Source: Octopus bimaculoides (Eukaryota). Taken from it: 52,044 nucleotides of DNA. The notes under the pieces were generated by a model. The model searched no databases and had not been told where the DNA came from. It saw only the letters and a program-made list of their open reading frames with translations. The stretch lies in assembly GCF_001194135.2 (NCBI RefSeq), contig NC_068986.1, forward strand, positions 83,472,602 through 83,524,645. Direction: 5' to 3'. Shown piece by piece: positions 34,381 to 46,445 of the stretch (position 1 is the stretch's first letter; every line of letters starts with the position of its first letter). Position numbers and translations under genes: made by a program.

Positions 34381-34885
34381 TATATATATATATATNNNNN
34401 NNNNNNNNNNNNNNNNNNNNNNNNNNNNNNNNNNNNNNNNNNNNNNNNNNNNNNNNNNNNNNNNNNNNNNNNNNNNNNNNNNNNNNNNNNNNNNNNNNNN
34501 NNNNNNNNNNNNNNNNNNNNNNNNNNNNNNNNNNNNNNNNNNNNNNNNNNNNNNNNNNNNNNNNNNNNNNNNNNNNNNNNNNNNNNNNNNNNNNNNNNNN
34601 NNNNNNNNNNNNNNNNNNNNNNNNNNNNNNNNNNNNNNNNNNNNNNNNNNNAATCAATTAAAACCAGTGGTCTAGCATATTAAAAAAATCCGAAGATTAA
34701 AATTATATTACATATAAAAATAAGAGGAATGACCAGCAAAAGTGGACTCCTATATGCTAGAAATAAATGCCGAATCATCTAACCACGAAAAAAATATATG
34801 TTCTCGGTAAAAATTTAGCGACACAACAGACTATAAAAGGGCGAGACAAATGAAAAAATACTAAATAAAAAAACGATTAACCTAC

Positions 34886-35327
34886 GTACCATGGTTTCAC
34901 CTGTTAAAATTTACATAAGTAAATATCTGCAGGATTGTCAGCTTAGTCTGTCGATTCGCAATATAATTTCCAGAACTAGACAAAAGACGTCCACCCGAAA
35001 GGGAGCACGTGTAGAGTTCTACATTTACATTCAGTGTATCCTTTCGAATGTCTTCAATCTGGCGCGCTAAGTCCGGAAATAATTCTGCAGTTAATAAATT
35101 TTGCAGCTAATTTACCGGTTTGAGAACATTACTATATAAAATTTATTAATGACATTGAAGACATTTGAAAGGATACACTGAATGTAATTTGTAGAACTCT
35201 ACACGTGCTCCCTTTCGGGTGGACGACTTGTGTCTAGTTCTGGAAATTATATTGCGAATCGACAGACTACGCTGACGATCCTGCAGATATTTACTTATGT
35301 AAATTTTAACAGGTGAAACCATGGTAC
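34886..35327. repeat. Inverted repeat, ~173-bp arms with a 95-bp spacer
   Basis: 34886-35058 versus the reverse complement of 35154-35327: about 6 differences. Confidence 0.93.
35267..35327 (+). ncRNA. Type-I hammerhead ribozyme motif with extended stem II (decayed mirror copy at 34881-34946, minus strand)
   Basis: CTACG-CTGACGA-T-CCTG..ATTTAC-ttat-GTAAAT..CAGG-T-GAAAC-CATG-GTA; palindromic stem III ACCATGGT; stem I partner CGTAG seen after GTA in the mirror copy. Confidence 0.65.
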
Positions 35328-36169
35328 ANNNNNNNNNNNNNNNNNNNNNNNNNNNNNNNNNNNNNNNNNNNNNNNNNNNNNNNNNNNNNNNNNNNNNNNN
35401 NNNNNNNNNNNNNNNNNNNNNNNNNNNNNNNNNNNNNNNNNNNNNNNNNNNNNNNNNNNNNNNNNNNNNNNNNNNNNNNNNNNNNNNNNNNNNNNNNNNN
35501 NNNNNNNNNNNNNNNNNNNNNNNNNNNNNNNNNNNNNNNNNNNNNNNNNNNNNNNNNNNNNNNNNNNNNNNNNNNNNNNNNNNNNNNNNNNNNNNNNNNN
35601 NNNNNNNNNNNNNNNNNNNNNNNNNNNNNNNNNNNNNNNNNNNNNNNNNNNNNNNNNNNNNNNNNNNNNNNNNNNNNNNNNNNNNNNNNNNNNNNNNNNN
35701 NNNNNNNNNNNNNNNNNNNNNNATTATATTCTGTGTCTGTGTGGGTGTGCACCGGTGCGTGTGCGTGCGTGTATTGACATTCAAGTCCAGACACTTATTT
35801 TTGGGATGGTACGAATTAAATGACAAGTTAATGAATCTTCATCTTTCTAATAATTCAAAGAAATAAGGTATAAGGAATAACCAATGAGCTATACTTCACA
35901 CATGCATACAAACCTAGTTGAATGATTGAGTGACCCAACGAGTAATCAAATAATCGATTAGTTAATTGGTTAATGGTTAACTAATTGATTAATAATAATA
36001 AAAGAAGTGAAAGAGAACCCGTGTGTATGTTTAATGTTGGTACAATGACCCACCCGATTAGTGTGTGTTTGTGTGAATTTTACTAGTTGTTTAGCAAAAG
36101 TTGTATAAAAGTGAGTTGCTCGGAAGGTCCACAAAGCAGAAGTGTTGCCACTCAACATAGAGCAGAGAA

Positions 36170-36495
36170 CTGAAATGCAATTATCGAAATATAGAGTCTT
36201 GTTCCCTAAAAAGCAAATGCCTAGAGAAAAGTATTATATACCAGCAACAAATATAAAGGGATTACAGAGCACTCCTTCAAGTGTTACTGCACCAGCACAT
36301 TGGTTTGTTCCTTGATTGCACTTGGAAAACATCGGTGCACTTTCAAAGAGCATTTGGAAATCGAGAGACAAAAGCATTCCATTGGCAGCGTTAGATAAAG
36401 CATAGGCGTTTAAGAACATATCAAAGTCCTGCAACTTCTGTCTCAGAGAGAAACTCTATACATTGTTCCATAAAAACAAAACAAAACTAAATGCA
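36170..36495 (+). pseudogene. Penelope-like element, decayed GIY-YIG endonuclease region
   Basis: KCNYRNIESCSLKSKCLEKSIIYQ...GALSKSIWKSRDKSI..LDKA*AFKNISKSCNFCLREKLYTLF..LN. Confidence 0.7.
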
Positions 36496-36754
36496 ATTTG
36501 CTAACACATACGTAAACTCTTTCTTGAGAATTTCAATAACTTCTCTCTCATTCTGATGCAAGGTGGACGATAAGCGACGTCCAGCCTGGGGCGTGCGCGG
36601 CCAACTGACAGAAACGAAGTTGCGATCCAGATGCATACATACATACATACATACATACATACATACATACACTATATATTTGGAGCGTAAGTTCAAATCA
36701 TTTGAGCACTACTAAGTGTTTTTTATATTGAGCATTTCTGATCTTATCTGTTGA

Positions 36755-36787
<33 letters not shown>

Positions 36788-36813
36788 GCTATATAGTCTT
36801 GTTCCTTAAAAAA

Positions 36814-36862
<49 letters not shown>

Positions 36863-37221
36863 TGTGTGTACTGGTTTAATTTGGTTCTCATTCAAGAACC
36901 AGCAAAAGTGTGGCAGTATGATAGAATGATGCACAATCTGAAGACCTAAAAGCTGTAGTTAGCAACAGATCGTGCAAAATACTGGTGACATCTGAGAAGT
37001 AACTTTTATTTAATATACAATGTGGAAGCATATATGAACGTAATACTGTGTACGCAGCGTAAAGTTTGTACCTAGAGGACGCAGTGGGAGATCTGGCAGA
37101 TTGACAGAGAACCAAGATAGTTGCAGCGGAGTAGAAGTAGTTGCCATGCTTTTGAAGTAAAATCCTTCAGCTTCCCAGATGATTCACTAAATATAGTTGT
37201 TGTTGTGGTTAATTAGCTCCA

Positions 37222-37775
37222 AATGAGGATGGCAGATTGAATATTCAGAGCGTTGGACAAAACTGTTTGCGGTAGTTCTAGCTTTTATATTCTGAGTTCA
37301 AATCTCACCGAGGTCAAATTTGCCTTTCAGTCTTCCGGGGTCGATAAAATAAAATACCAGTCATATGCACAGGCGTAGCAGTGTGGTTAAGAAACTTGCT
37401 TCTTAATCGTGTGGCTTTGGGTTCAGTCCCACTGCGTTGCATATTGGGTGTCTTCTACTCTAGACCCGGGCTGACCAAAGCGTTGTGAGTGGACTTGGAA
37501 TACAGAAACTGAAAGCTCTGTGTGTGTTCCCAATCACTGCTCGACAACCGGTATTGTGTTGTTTACGTCTCCGTAACTTAGCGGTTCGGCAAAAAAGAGC
37601 TTAAAAAAAGTGCTGGAGTCGATTTGTCAGACAAAAGTCTTCAAAGTGGTGCCCCAGCACGGTCACAATCCAGTGACTGAAACAAGTAAAAAGTAAAAGA
37701 TACAAGTCAAATATTGATGCTGATGTAATTAACTGTTCCCTGCCCTTAAAATTCTGGTTTTGTGCTTCAACGAAA
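37222..37775 (+). mobile_element. Old family A SINE interrupted by a family B SINE
   Basis: A head and core at 37222-37363; A tail resumes at ~37701 (atattgatgctgatgtaattaactgttccctgcccttaaaattctggttttgtgc). Confidence 0.7.
37367..37700 (+). mobile_element. SINE family B, near full length
   Basis: gcacaggcgtagcagtgtggttaagaaac..gggttcagtcccactgcg (B-box)..gtgactgaaacaagtaaaaagtaaaaga; flanked by ATAC(C/A)AGTCA. Confidence 0.88.
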
Positions 37776-38129
37776 TTTCCATTCAGCTCTAATTCAACCC
37801 TGATAGATCTATCTGTATTTACTCATACAGGGTTGAGTAAGTAGATCTACGAATAAAGACGTTCCTACCTAAATATCTGCGTGTAGGTCTGAATTTTCCC
37901 AATGTTTCATTCTTTAAGATGAAAGGGTATAATTTGAGGGAGATTTGTCTACTATTTCTTACAAGTCGAGTGATAGAGTACAGTGTGTCTCTCATTGATT
38001 CACTACTAAAAGTGGCCATCCTCTGCTTCCTAACTGGCTGCAGTGAATGTACATTCAAAATGGTACAAAAAGAAAGCATACATGTGAGCGTTGTAATGAG
38101 AATATATTGCAAAAATATAGATGTAACGT

Positions 38130-38570
38130 GAAAGGTTAACTCTTCAAGTTTCTACTGACAGTCACAAATATTCAATGTGAGTGTCACTTGCCACACAGCA
38201 GACATGTATACGGTAGTCAAGTTCTTTCAACACGCATGCCCAGCATAGTATGGTCAGGTGAGTTGACTGCGTCGCCGATCTGCTGTTTTAACTCTTGTGA
38301 GTCTTATGGAAGTGGGGATATGAACACCTTATCTTTCAGATATTCCTAAAGGAAAAGTTGCAAGGCGTTAGGTCAGGGGACAAACCATCAATGTCAAATT
38401 ATGTCAGCACGGCCAGTCTAGAGTTCTGGTAGATACGTACGTGTCACTGCCAACTTGGCGGGGCCCCGTCATGCTGCATAATGAAGTCGAGTGCCTCTTC
38501 TTCTAACCGGGGTAACAACCGAATGGACAGCATTGTACCATTCAGTTTGAATTACCCAATAAAATAGCTC
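38130..38570 (-). pseudogene. Tc1/mariner (rosa/DD41D-like) transposase C-terminal fragment
   Basis: Decayed MQHDGAPP..SPDLTPCNF..YLKDKVFISPLP..QELKQQIGDAVNS..ELDYR-like translation across frameshifts. Confidence 0.65.
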
Positions 38571-38884
38571 GAGTAAGAAGTGTGTAGGGAAAATATCAGG
38601 GTTGTTTTGTTTTAACACAGGTCAAAAAGTATTCCAGCTATAAGCATCCTATCGCTTTGAAACATTTTAGCCCTTTCCAATATTTCAAGGGCTTCTAATA
38701 AATTATCCATGTGTCCTTTGCTTTCTTAAGATAGTATGTTGTGATTTAAAGCACATTGGCTACTGTTTCTACAATGTCAAACGATCGTGTTGGGATCCCC
38801 TTTCTCAGCTCGAGAAAGTAGAAAAAGTGGGTAACAATTTACCAGCGCATGAATGGGCGTATATGTATTTGAATGTAGTATCGC

Positions 38885-39100
38885 GCACGCGTGTGAGCGT
38901 GTGTGTGAGCGTGTGTGTGAGCGTTGTGTGTGTGTGTGTGTATGTATGCGTGTCTGTATGCGTGTGTGTGCGAATGCCTTTGTGTGTGTGTATGTGTGTA
39001 TGTATGTGTATGTGTGTGTGTGTGTGTGTGTATGTGTGTGTATGTGTGTGTGGTTTTGTGTGGGTATTGAAGTGTGCGCGTGTGTATGTACGTGTGTGAG
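38885..39100. repeat. Degenerate (TG)n tract
   Basis: Sequence composition. Confidence 0.9.
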
Positions 39101-40811
39101 TCACAGTGGCACTTGTTCAGGAAATTTACGACGTAAAAAACAAGCTGTTTCTGATAAACGCAAATTATAGGCCAAATTACAATAGTTTTCTTTAAGATGT
39201 GGCTATACAGTGGAAAGTAGGAAACATGAAAGTTTGGCAAGATAAAAGCATGAAAGATATTTGGTATGTTCAACAGTGTGCGTAAGCGTGTGTGCGGACA
39301 AGACAATATGCATTTCATATCGCATTTGTTACAAGCAGCGTGACGTAAACTCGCTTTTTATTTCAGTCTGTCTCAAATTTATCTTAAACTAGTCTGCGGT
39401 CAAATTGTATGTAGAAGGTTTCAGTGATTTCCAAATTATTGACTTTATTTTCTTAACGATTTATCTTTCAGTTCCAAATAGTGTCAAGAGGACGCATCGG
39501 CAGAGTTGTGAGAACTTATTTTTACTTATTTACTTATTTTTTACTAAAACCCTTTGAACCATCGATGACTTTCCTTCACTGTTATCGATTCTAGGCTGTT
39601 TTTCCATGAGAGAAGGCCTTCCTCTTCCAGGTCTTGTTGATTTAGAATTATCATTGCTGCTTCTGTAACTTTGCTTTCTTTCTTGACAGGGTGTTCTCCC
39701 TACGCAAACCCATTTTTACCTTTGGGAAGAAACGAGCCGTCATAGTCTTGCCTCTATCCTTTGATCTGTCTAGCATGGGAGGCTTTTGCAAGAGATTGTG
39801 TTCCGCTAGCGTAGCTCTTAGGGCCATTGAAGTGTACAAGCTACCACACTACAACAAAGACTGGACCTTGTAGTAGACAAAATGCCTTTCAGTATTTGCT
39901 TTCTGCACTATAAGTTCAAATCCACAGAAACGAACAACAATGGCGATGAACAACATACTTGATCTGTATGGACTATGCCAGTTCTTACTAGGTACCCAAA
40001 TACCGTCATTACAAACCACCTCGGACAAAATATATAAAAACAAACCCCGAAACACAAAACCGAAACACAAAACCGCGCACTTCACATCATTACAAGTCTT
40101 ACTGTGAAACCAGATACACTTGATCATTAACAAAACGAAATAAAAATGACTTACACTGAAAGATTAACAATGAAAGACTAACATGGGATGAAGGATGCAT
40201 AGTTTCCGTAACAAATTGAATCAAGTCAGAGCCTGAAACTACACGAAAATACGCTTCCAAACACCTAGAAGCATATACATAATTATTGCGGTGGTAGTGG
40301 TGGTGGTGCTGGATCTCCATTGTTCAACAATGAAGATTCAGTTGTTCTATGATTTGTATTGTTGTGTGAATGGGTCAACGTCCTACAGACACCTGTACCC
40401 TGAATCTCTGGCAGAATCAGCGTGGCACAGTATATATGAGACAATGCTACATCCCATATGACCATCACTGCATGTTAGAGTGTGTAGTTGGGTCCTCAAC
40501 AAGACGAGGGTATGATGGTGAGGTCAAGTCGCTCGCTGATTGGCAACGTGTTATAGGCCTTTTCGATCTGAGCTGGCCTGTGGCTATACAGTATCAGCAA
40601 AACTTGATACAACATCAACAAAATTTGATATACGTGATATACATGAGTCAACGAGGAAGACTCTACATCAGCACAAATTAATTCATTCTCTTTCTTGTTC
40701 CTCTAAGTCAGCTACGCTATTTTTTCTTGTAGAGTAAAAGTGGATAAAAGGTGAAATACATCAAGTCGAAGGGCTGAATGACAACAAAGATTAAGAATCA
40801 TTGCTTTACGT

Positions 40812-42820
40812 CAGGCATGGGCAACCTTTTTCCAGATTAAATTTTCTCACCAAAGTCGCGGGCCAGAGCCCTAATTGTAGACTTACAAAATATGTATACA
40901 AGTGCTTATACAAGTATTTGCTTTATAATATAAAAAGGATATAAGGGTAAGAACATAACAATTTATTAATATAAAACAAATGTAGTTGAATCAGTAAAAT
41001 AATTAATTCATTCTCAAAGGGAGAAAATAGCCATGAAACATTATTCTAATGGGATATTTGGCGTTGATGTTTCTTCACCAACATCTCGATGTTTGAAGAA
41101 ATGCTAGAGGTGGCTACTCTCAAGTTATTTTCAAAATGATTATCAGTTATTCTTGATCTTGCTTTGAATTTAGATTTCATTTTTGAGAACAGCTGCTCAC
41201 ATTTATATATGCTCCCAAAGAGTGACATTTTCTTTCTAGCAAAATCCACGATCAAGGGGAAATTTTCTCTAGGTAGGCTTTTATTAAACTCTATTAGTGA
41301 ATGATCTCTCATTTCCCGTTTTAAATCTTCATTCCCTTGAAGTTCAATTAATTCCATCTGTAATTCCTCGGGAGCCTGGTTAATATTGATATCAAAAGGC
41401 GAAGAAAATATACGTAGATTTGTTTCTTGTGATCTGAAATCTTGAAATCTATTACCGAATTTTTCGTTGATCAATTTTACCTCATCTGCTTAAGAAGTAC
41501 AATCGTTTTGCCATGAATTGCCAATGTTGGGAAATGGAATGTATTACAATTTCTGAGCTGTCGTTCCAACAGTTGCATTTTGTTTTGAAATGTTTTGATA
41601 TGACTATACGACTGATGAATGAATTGGTCTTCTTGCAATTTCAAATTAAGCTCATTAAGATATGAAATAAAGTCAACAAGAAAAGCAAGATCACATATCC
41701 AGCCATCATCACTCGATTCAGGCATAGACTTTCCTTTCATTTCCATGAATGTAAAAATTTCACTCCTCAGATCATAAAATCGTTTCAACATTTTTCCTTT
41801 GCTCAACCTTCGTACCTCACAATAGTAAGTCAAATCTCCATATTCTGCCTCGATATCCTCAAGAAATTCTTTAAACTGGCGGTGATTCAAAGCTCGAGAT
41901 TTTATAAAATATATACTCGAAACAACCTTAGACATAACATGTTCAAATTTGAGTGACTTGGCTCACAAATTCTCCTGGTGAATTATGCAATGAAAAATGG
42001 ATAAATCTTTTGTGTCTATATTCATAGAAGCCAATTCCGATCTGATTTTAGAAACTAAGCTTGCTTTACTACCAACCATAGCAGGAGTACCATTTGTTGA
42101 TAAACCATGAAGGTTCTTGAAATGTAGATTAAATCCAGCCATTAACATTTTCAATTCTTGAAAAATATTTTCCCCAGTGGTAGTATCTTTCATTCCCCAA
42201 AGGCTAAGCATTTCTTCTGTGATATTTAAACCTTCATCAATTTCACGTACAAAAACCACAAGTTGGGCTGTATTTGACACGTCAATGCTCTCATCAATAG
42301 CTAAGGAAAATACTTAAAATGCGAAGAAAGTCTTTTCAAACCTAATTCTACAAGACAAATTAATATTAGTTTCTACAAGACAAACTAATATTATCGATTT
42401 CTCTTTTTTTTTTTTTACCTGAACAAAAAATTTCAGCTACTGCTTGTAGGCATTCTTTTACAAATTCACCATCGGAATAATTTCTCGAATGTTTTGCAAT
42501 TTTCTCGCTAATGATATAACTAGCACGAATAATATTTTCTGAATCTTCACGTCTCTTGATAAAAATTGTCTGCCGTTCTTTCAAATATTTTATTAAATTT
42601 TCAACTTTTTGTTTCCTACGTTGAACTTGAAAACTTCTATAATGAGATGAGTGTTTGGAGATGTAGGGTCTTTTTACATTATATTCTTTAATGACAGAAA
42701 CTGATTCTGAGCAGAGTAAACACACTGGTTTGTCTTTGATTTGTATGAAAAAAATGATCATTAGTCCACTTTTCTTGGTACACTCGGGATTCGTTATCCT
42801 TCGTTTATTCCACAAATGTT
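40812..42820 (-). mobile_element. hAT transposon, Buster/SPIN (GTF2IRD2-like) type, fragmented transposase
   Basis: TIR CAGGCATGGGCAAC at 40812. ORFs 42366-42872 (KPVCLLCSESVSVIKEYNVKR), AIDESIDVSNTAQL, STNGTPAM, HCIIHQENL, YYCEVRRLS, FGSIYKCEQLFSKMK; opposite TIR not found. Confidence 0.92.
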
Positions 42821-42924
42821 TTGTCGTCAATGCTGCATTTCTCTGTATCACATGTTTCAACTTAACTACCATATATACGAACTATGCCATTTAAATCCCG
42901 AGCAACGCCGAGTATGTCTGCTAG
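42820..42924 (+). mobile_element. Helitron 3' terminus
   Basis: CCCGAGCAACGCCGAG hairpin (42897-42912) followed 8 nt later by CTAG|T. Confidence 0.7.
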
Positions 42925-43699
42925 TAATATATAAAATACTGACCTAAATAACGGCAAAGAATATTTATCCCAATTCAGATAGACGCTAGTCCCTCAAAGG
43001 GGAGTAGAAAGGTTGCAGTAAGTAAGCCTATAGTTTCTAAACCCAACTTCCGACAGATAAGCATTCAAAAAAAAAAAAAGATTAAAAGAAAAGGAAAACA
43101 AATTAGTGTTTGTGTGTTTAATGGTCCAACTGTTTAGAACTAATTCAGCGATGAGAAAAACACGATATTAATCAGTGACCTATATCATGTTAATTATTCA
43201 AGCATGTATGAAAGACAACTCTAGTCATGTTTCGGTCTTATTAGGTCTCCTCATTGATGTATAGTTTTCACCATACTTGTCCCAATAGTTACTCATGACT
43301 ACTCGCATAACAAAATAGTTTAGTTAGTGTTTCCATTTTTAAGGGAGTGTGCAGTGAAAAATTAATTAGCGATAGCTATTTGGCTGATCAGTAATATCAT
43401 TCTCATTATTCTAGCAAGTACAGGAGACAAGTCTGGGACTGTACCCGTCTAATTAAATCTTCTCAGCACAGCGTAGACTCGCTGTATTTGCGTATCTATA
43501 ATACTAGACATTAACCAATATAGTCTTCCTCCCAATATACTTATTTCTAATAAGCCTTTTAATACTTCCTTCATGAATTGTATTAACATTAACTTGACTA
43601 TTGGCTACACGGATTGATTATCTGAGAAATATATGAAGCAATCTAATGTATGACAGGATACTAAATAGCCTAGATATCTCTCTATAACATGGAAGCGAG

Positions 43700-44877
43700 A
43701 ATAGCGGAAATCATCAAGTGCAGCAAGGCGGATATAATCAGAAGTATAGAATTTAACAGAGTGCTTTATTCAAGGGGATTCCATATCTCATCCTACTTCT
43801 TTTTGTAATGCTTGTACCCTTGAGCAAAGTTCAAGAAATAGAGACAATATAAGTGGTTATACATTGAAAAAGAGATTACAAATATATATTATATATTGAG
43901 GACTCGAACCTGTTTATTTCAAGTAATCAGAATGTTCAGAAAAAGATAAGAATGGAACTTTGGATAAAAAAAAAAAATGTTCTAGAGCTACATACTGAAA
44001 AATGATAAAAGAGAGGAAAATAGAACATCTGTATTTACTTCAAAGAAGAGGATGAGCTATTAAGGGAATTTCATATTCGAGAACCAAGGAACATAAAAAT
44101 ACTTGTAAATGCTGGAGATGGATCAAATCCAATGAAAGATAATGCTGGAGATGGATCAAATCCAATGAAAGATATAAAAAAAGAATATATTTGGCGTATA
44201 AAGTTATTGTGAAGAATTAAATGCCAAAATACACACACATACACACGCACACAGACACGAACACACACACACACACACACACACACACGTACATACAAAA
44301 GTAATAATGTCCATTGCTATGCTCGCACCACTCTACTGCGTTAATACTATTAGCTGGAAGATAAATGATATCTTAAGATTGTATACAAATACTAGGAATC
44401 TCTTCACTCTTTTGTATACAGAGTACACAAGTCAAAGTCAGATGTCCATCGGCTTTACATAAGCAGATAATTAGGAGGCAGAAGGATTAGTACCAATAAA
44501 ATAAATACGATGTCAGAGCTACAATGATTTGATTGAAAGTATATCACCGATGAAACAACTAAAAAAGAAAAAGACTGCTGTAAATAGTAGATAACCATAT
44601 AAAAAATACAGGTGAGTAAGTTTCTGTCTACAAAGACGTGATGAAAGTCCAAGCTAAAGTAAAGTTGGAGGAAATGGCACGAAGTAAATGCAGCGAAAGA
44701 AAATATAAAATACCAAGAACTGGAAAAAAACGAGCAGGTGAAAAGGAAACTCCTTGAGAAATAAACACTTTCGTAGTTTTATTCTGCGGGAACATAGCCA
44801 ATAGCCAAGATTAATTACAAACATCTGGTAAAAGAACAGTCAAACTTAAAGACAACAACAACAACAACAACAACAAC

Positions 44878-44956
<79 letters not shown>

Positions 44957-45400
44957 GGTAAATTCATTAAAACCAAGAATATTAAAGTATATCCAGGTAC
45001 TGAAATTAGAGAATGAGAACAGAGCCAGTCATGGAGATACTGGTAAGATACAACATATTAAGTGGAAAGGAAAATTTAAAAATTAGAGCAACAGGAAAAT
45101 GAAACTAATATTAAACACCGAACTATGCTAAAAAAATAAAATAGTAGGTGTAAATATACTAAAAAATAGTACCATAAGCTATAGCTTCAATATGTTCAAT
45201 CAGAGGTTGATTGAATTGAAGGATTAAGGCTGGAAAATCTAGAAAACTACTGTTTGTTCCAAAGCTAACTCTCTAAAGCCAATGCAGATAGGATATAACT
45301 ACTTCGTAGATAGGAAGGACAGGCTTGCTGTAGATAGAAAGTTATTACTAAGTATAATACTGATTGACTAGAAATATTTACAAGAATGTAAAGGGAAACT
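43700..45400 (+). mobile_element. Heavily decayed R4/Dong-like (RLE-clade) LINE
   Basis: QGDSIS..LFVMLVPLSK (cf. QGDSLSPLLF..PLS), GYTLK, and RVHKSKSDVHRLYISR*LGGR (cf. HPKADVDRLY.PR..GGRGL); right boundary uncertain. Confidence 0.55.
44852..44956. repeat. (AAC)n(AAT)n microsatellite
   Basis: Direct observation. Confidence 0.95.
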
Positions 45401-45454
45401 GATTGCATACATGAAGACATACGGAGGAAACAAAAATGTTTTCTCCTTATAGAA

Positions 45455-45577
45455 TCTTTTCTACTCTAGGCACAAGGCCCGACATTTTTTGGGGAGCGGG
45501 GGCCAGTCGATTAGATCGACTCCAGTACGCAACTGGTACTTAATTTATCGACCCCGAAAGGATGAAAGGCAAAGTCG
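45455..45577 (-). mobile_element. SINE family A, 3' fragment
   Basis: tcttttctactctaggcacaaggccc..atcgaccccgaaaggatgaaaggcaaagtcga. Confidence 0.85.
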
Positions 45578-46445
45578 AAACAATAAAATTTTTCTAGAAC
45601 TAGTACACAAAATAGGTGACGAGAGGAACGACGAAAGTGTCTAGAAGGAGATGGTATGCAACTAGGTAGCTCTGTAAAGCGTAGCCAAGTGTAGCATCAG
45701 TGCCGGATAGAAGATAATTCGTGAAATGTTGCCTAACAAACTCATGGCTTTCTTCTGGATGGTCTACATTGTTTTGCGTGTGTCAGTAACACTGTTCCAG
45801 ATGTAGAAACAGTATTCCATTGTGGAAGTATTTTCGTCTCTAAAGATGAAGGCAATTATTGTAATGTTATGTATATGGGATCAACTGGAAATATCAATGA
45901 TTGTCAGGTCTCACATTTTGTAGTGTGATAAATCAAAAAATTCTCTGTTCATTTCGTATTGAGGAGACATTTGTCTTCAACAGCTGTATGAATGGGTCGT
46001 AGCATTTGAGACTGTGTAAGAGTCACTACTGTTGTTGTTGGTGGTGTCGTTCTCTTCCAAATTGCTTATTTGAGTATTCAGGACACTTATTTCAATTAAT
46101 TGTTCACTATGCTGTATAATTTTTGTCTTCCTGTTGTACATTTAGTTTTCAGTTTTGATTTGCGCTTTGTTTTTTTTAGCCATTATAGTATTTTATCGTG
46201 TGGTATAATAATGCGTGGTAGCCGTTTTGGATGTAATAATGTAATGTGTAAATAAAATCTTAAAAGTTTGTGAAATAAACCTCTTTTTTTCTGTTGTATC
46301 GAGAACAGTTCGCCTAATGAAATTATGTTTTTTTTTTTTGACAGATACATAGAAAATGCCATTTAGTAGTGCCTGAAATAAACTGAGTTTTGAAGAGAGA
46401 ATCAAAATGATGTGTTTGCACTGCAAGAACCAAAAATAATGATAA

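Noticed and set aside
19693-35866. Long ORFs through N-runs (19693-20529, 19768-20523, 34254-34683, 35146-35866, and 12108-12335 outside this span)
   Set aside because: They are open only because N codons are not stops; assembly-gap artefacts.
40370-40737. ORFs of 103 and 65 aa
   Set aside because: No recognisable domain or splice context; probably decayed repeat sequence.
43225-43262. Minus-strand CAATGA..GACC-GAAAC-ATG motif
   Set aside because: Core, stem II and cleavage triplet are all broken; too degenerate to call.
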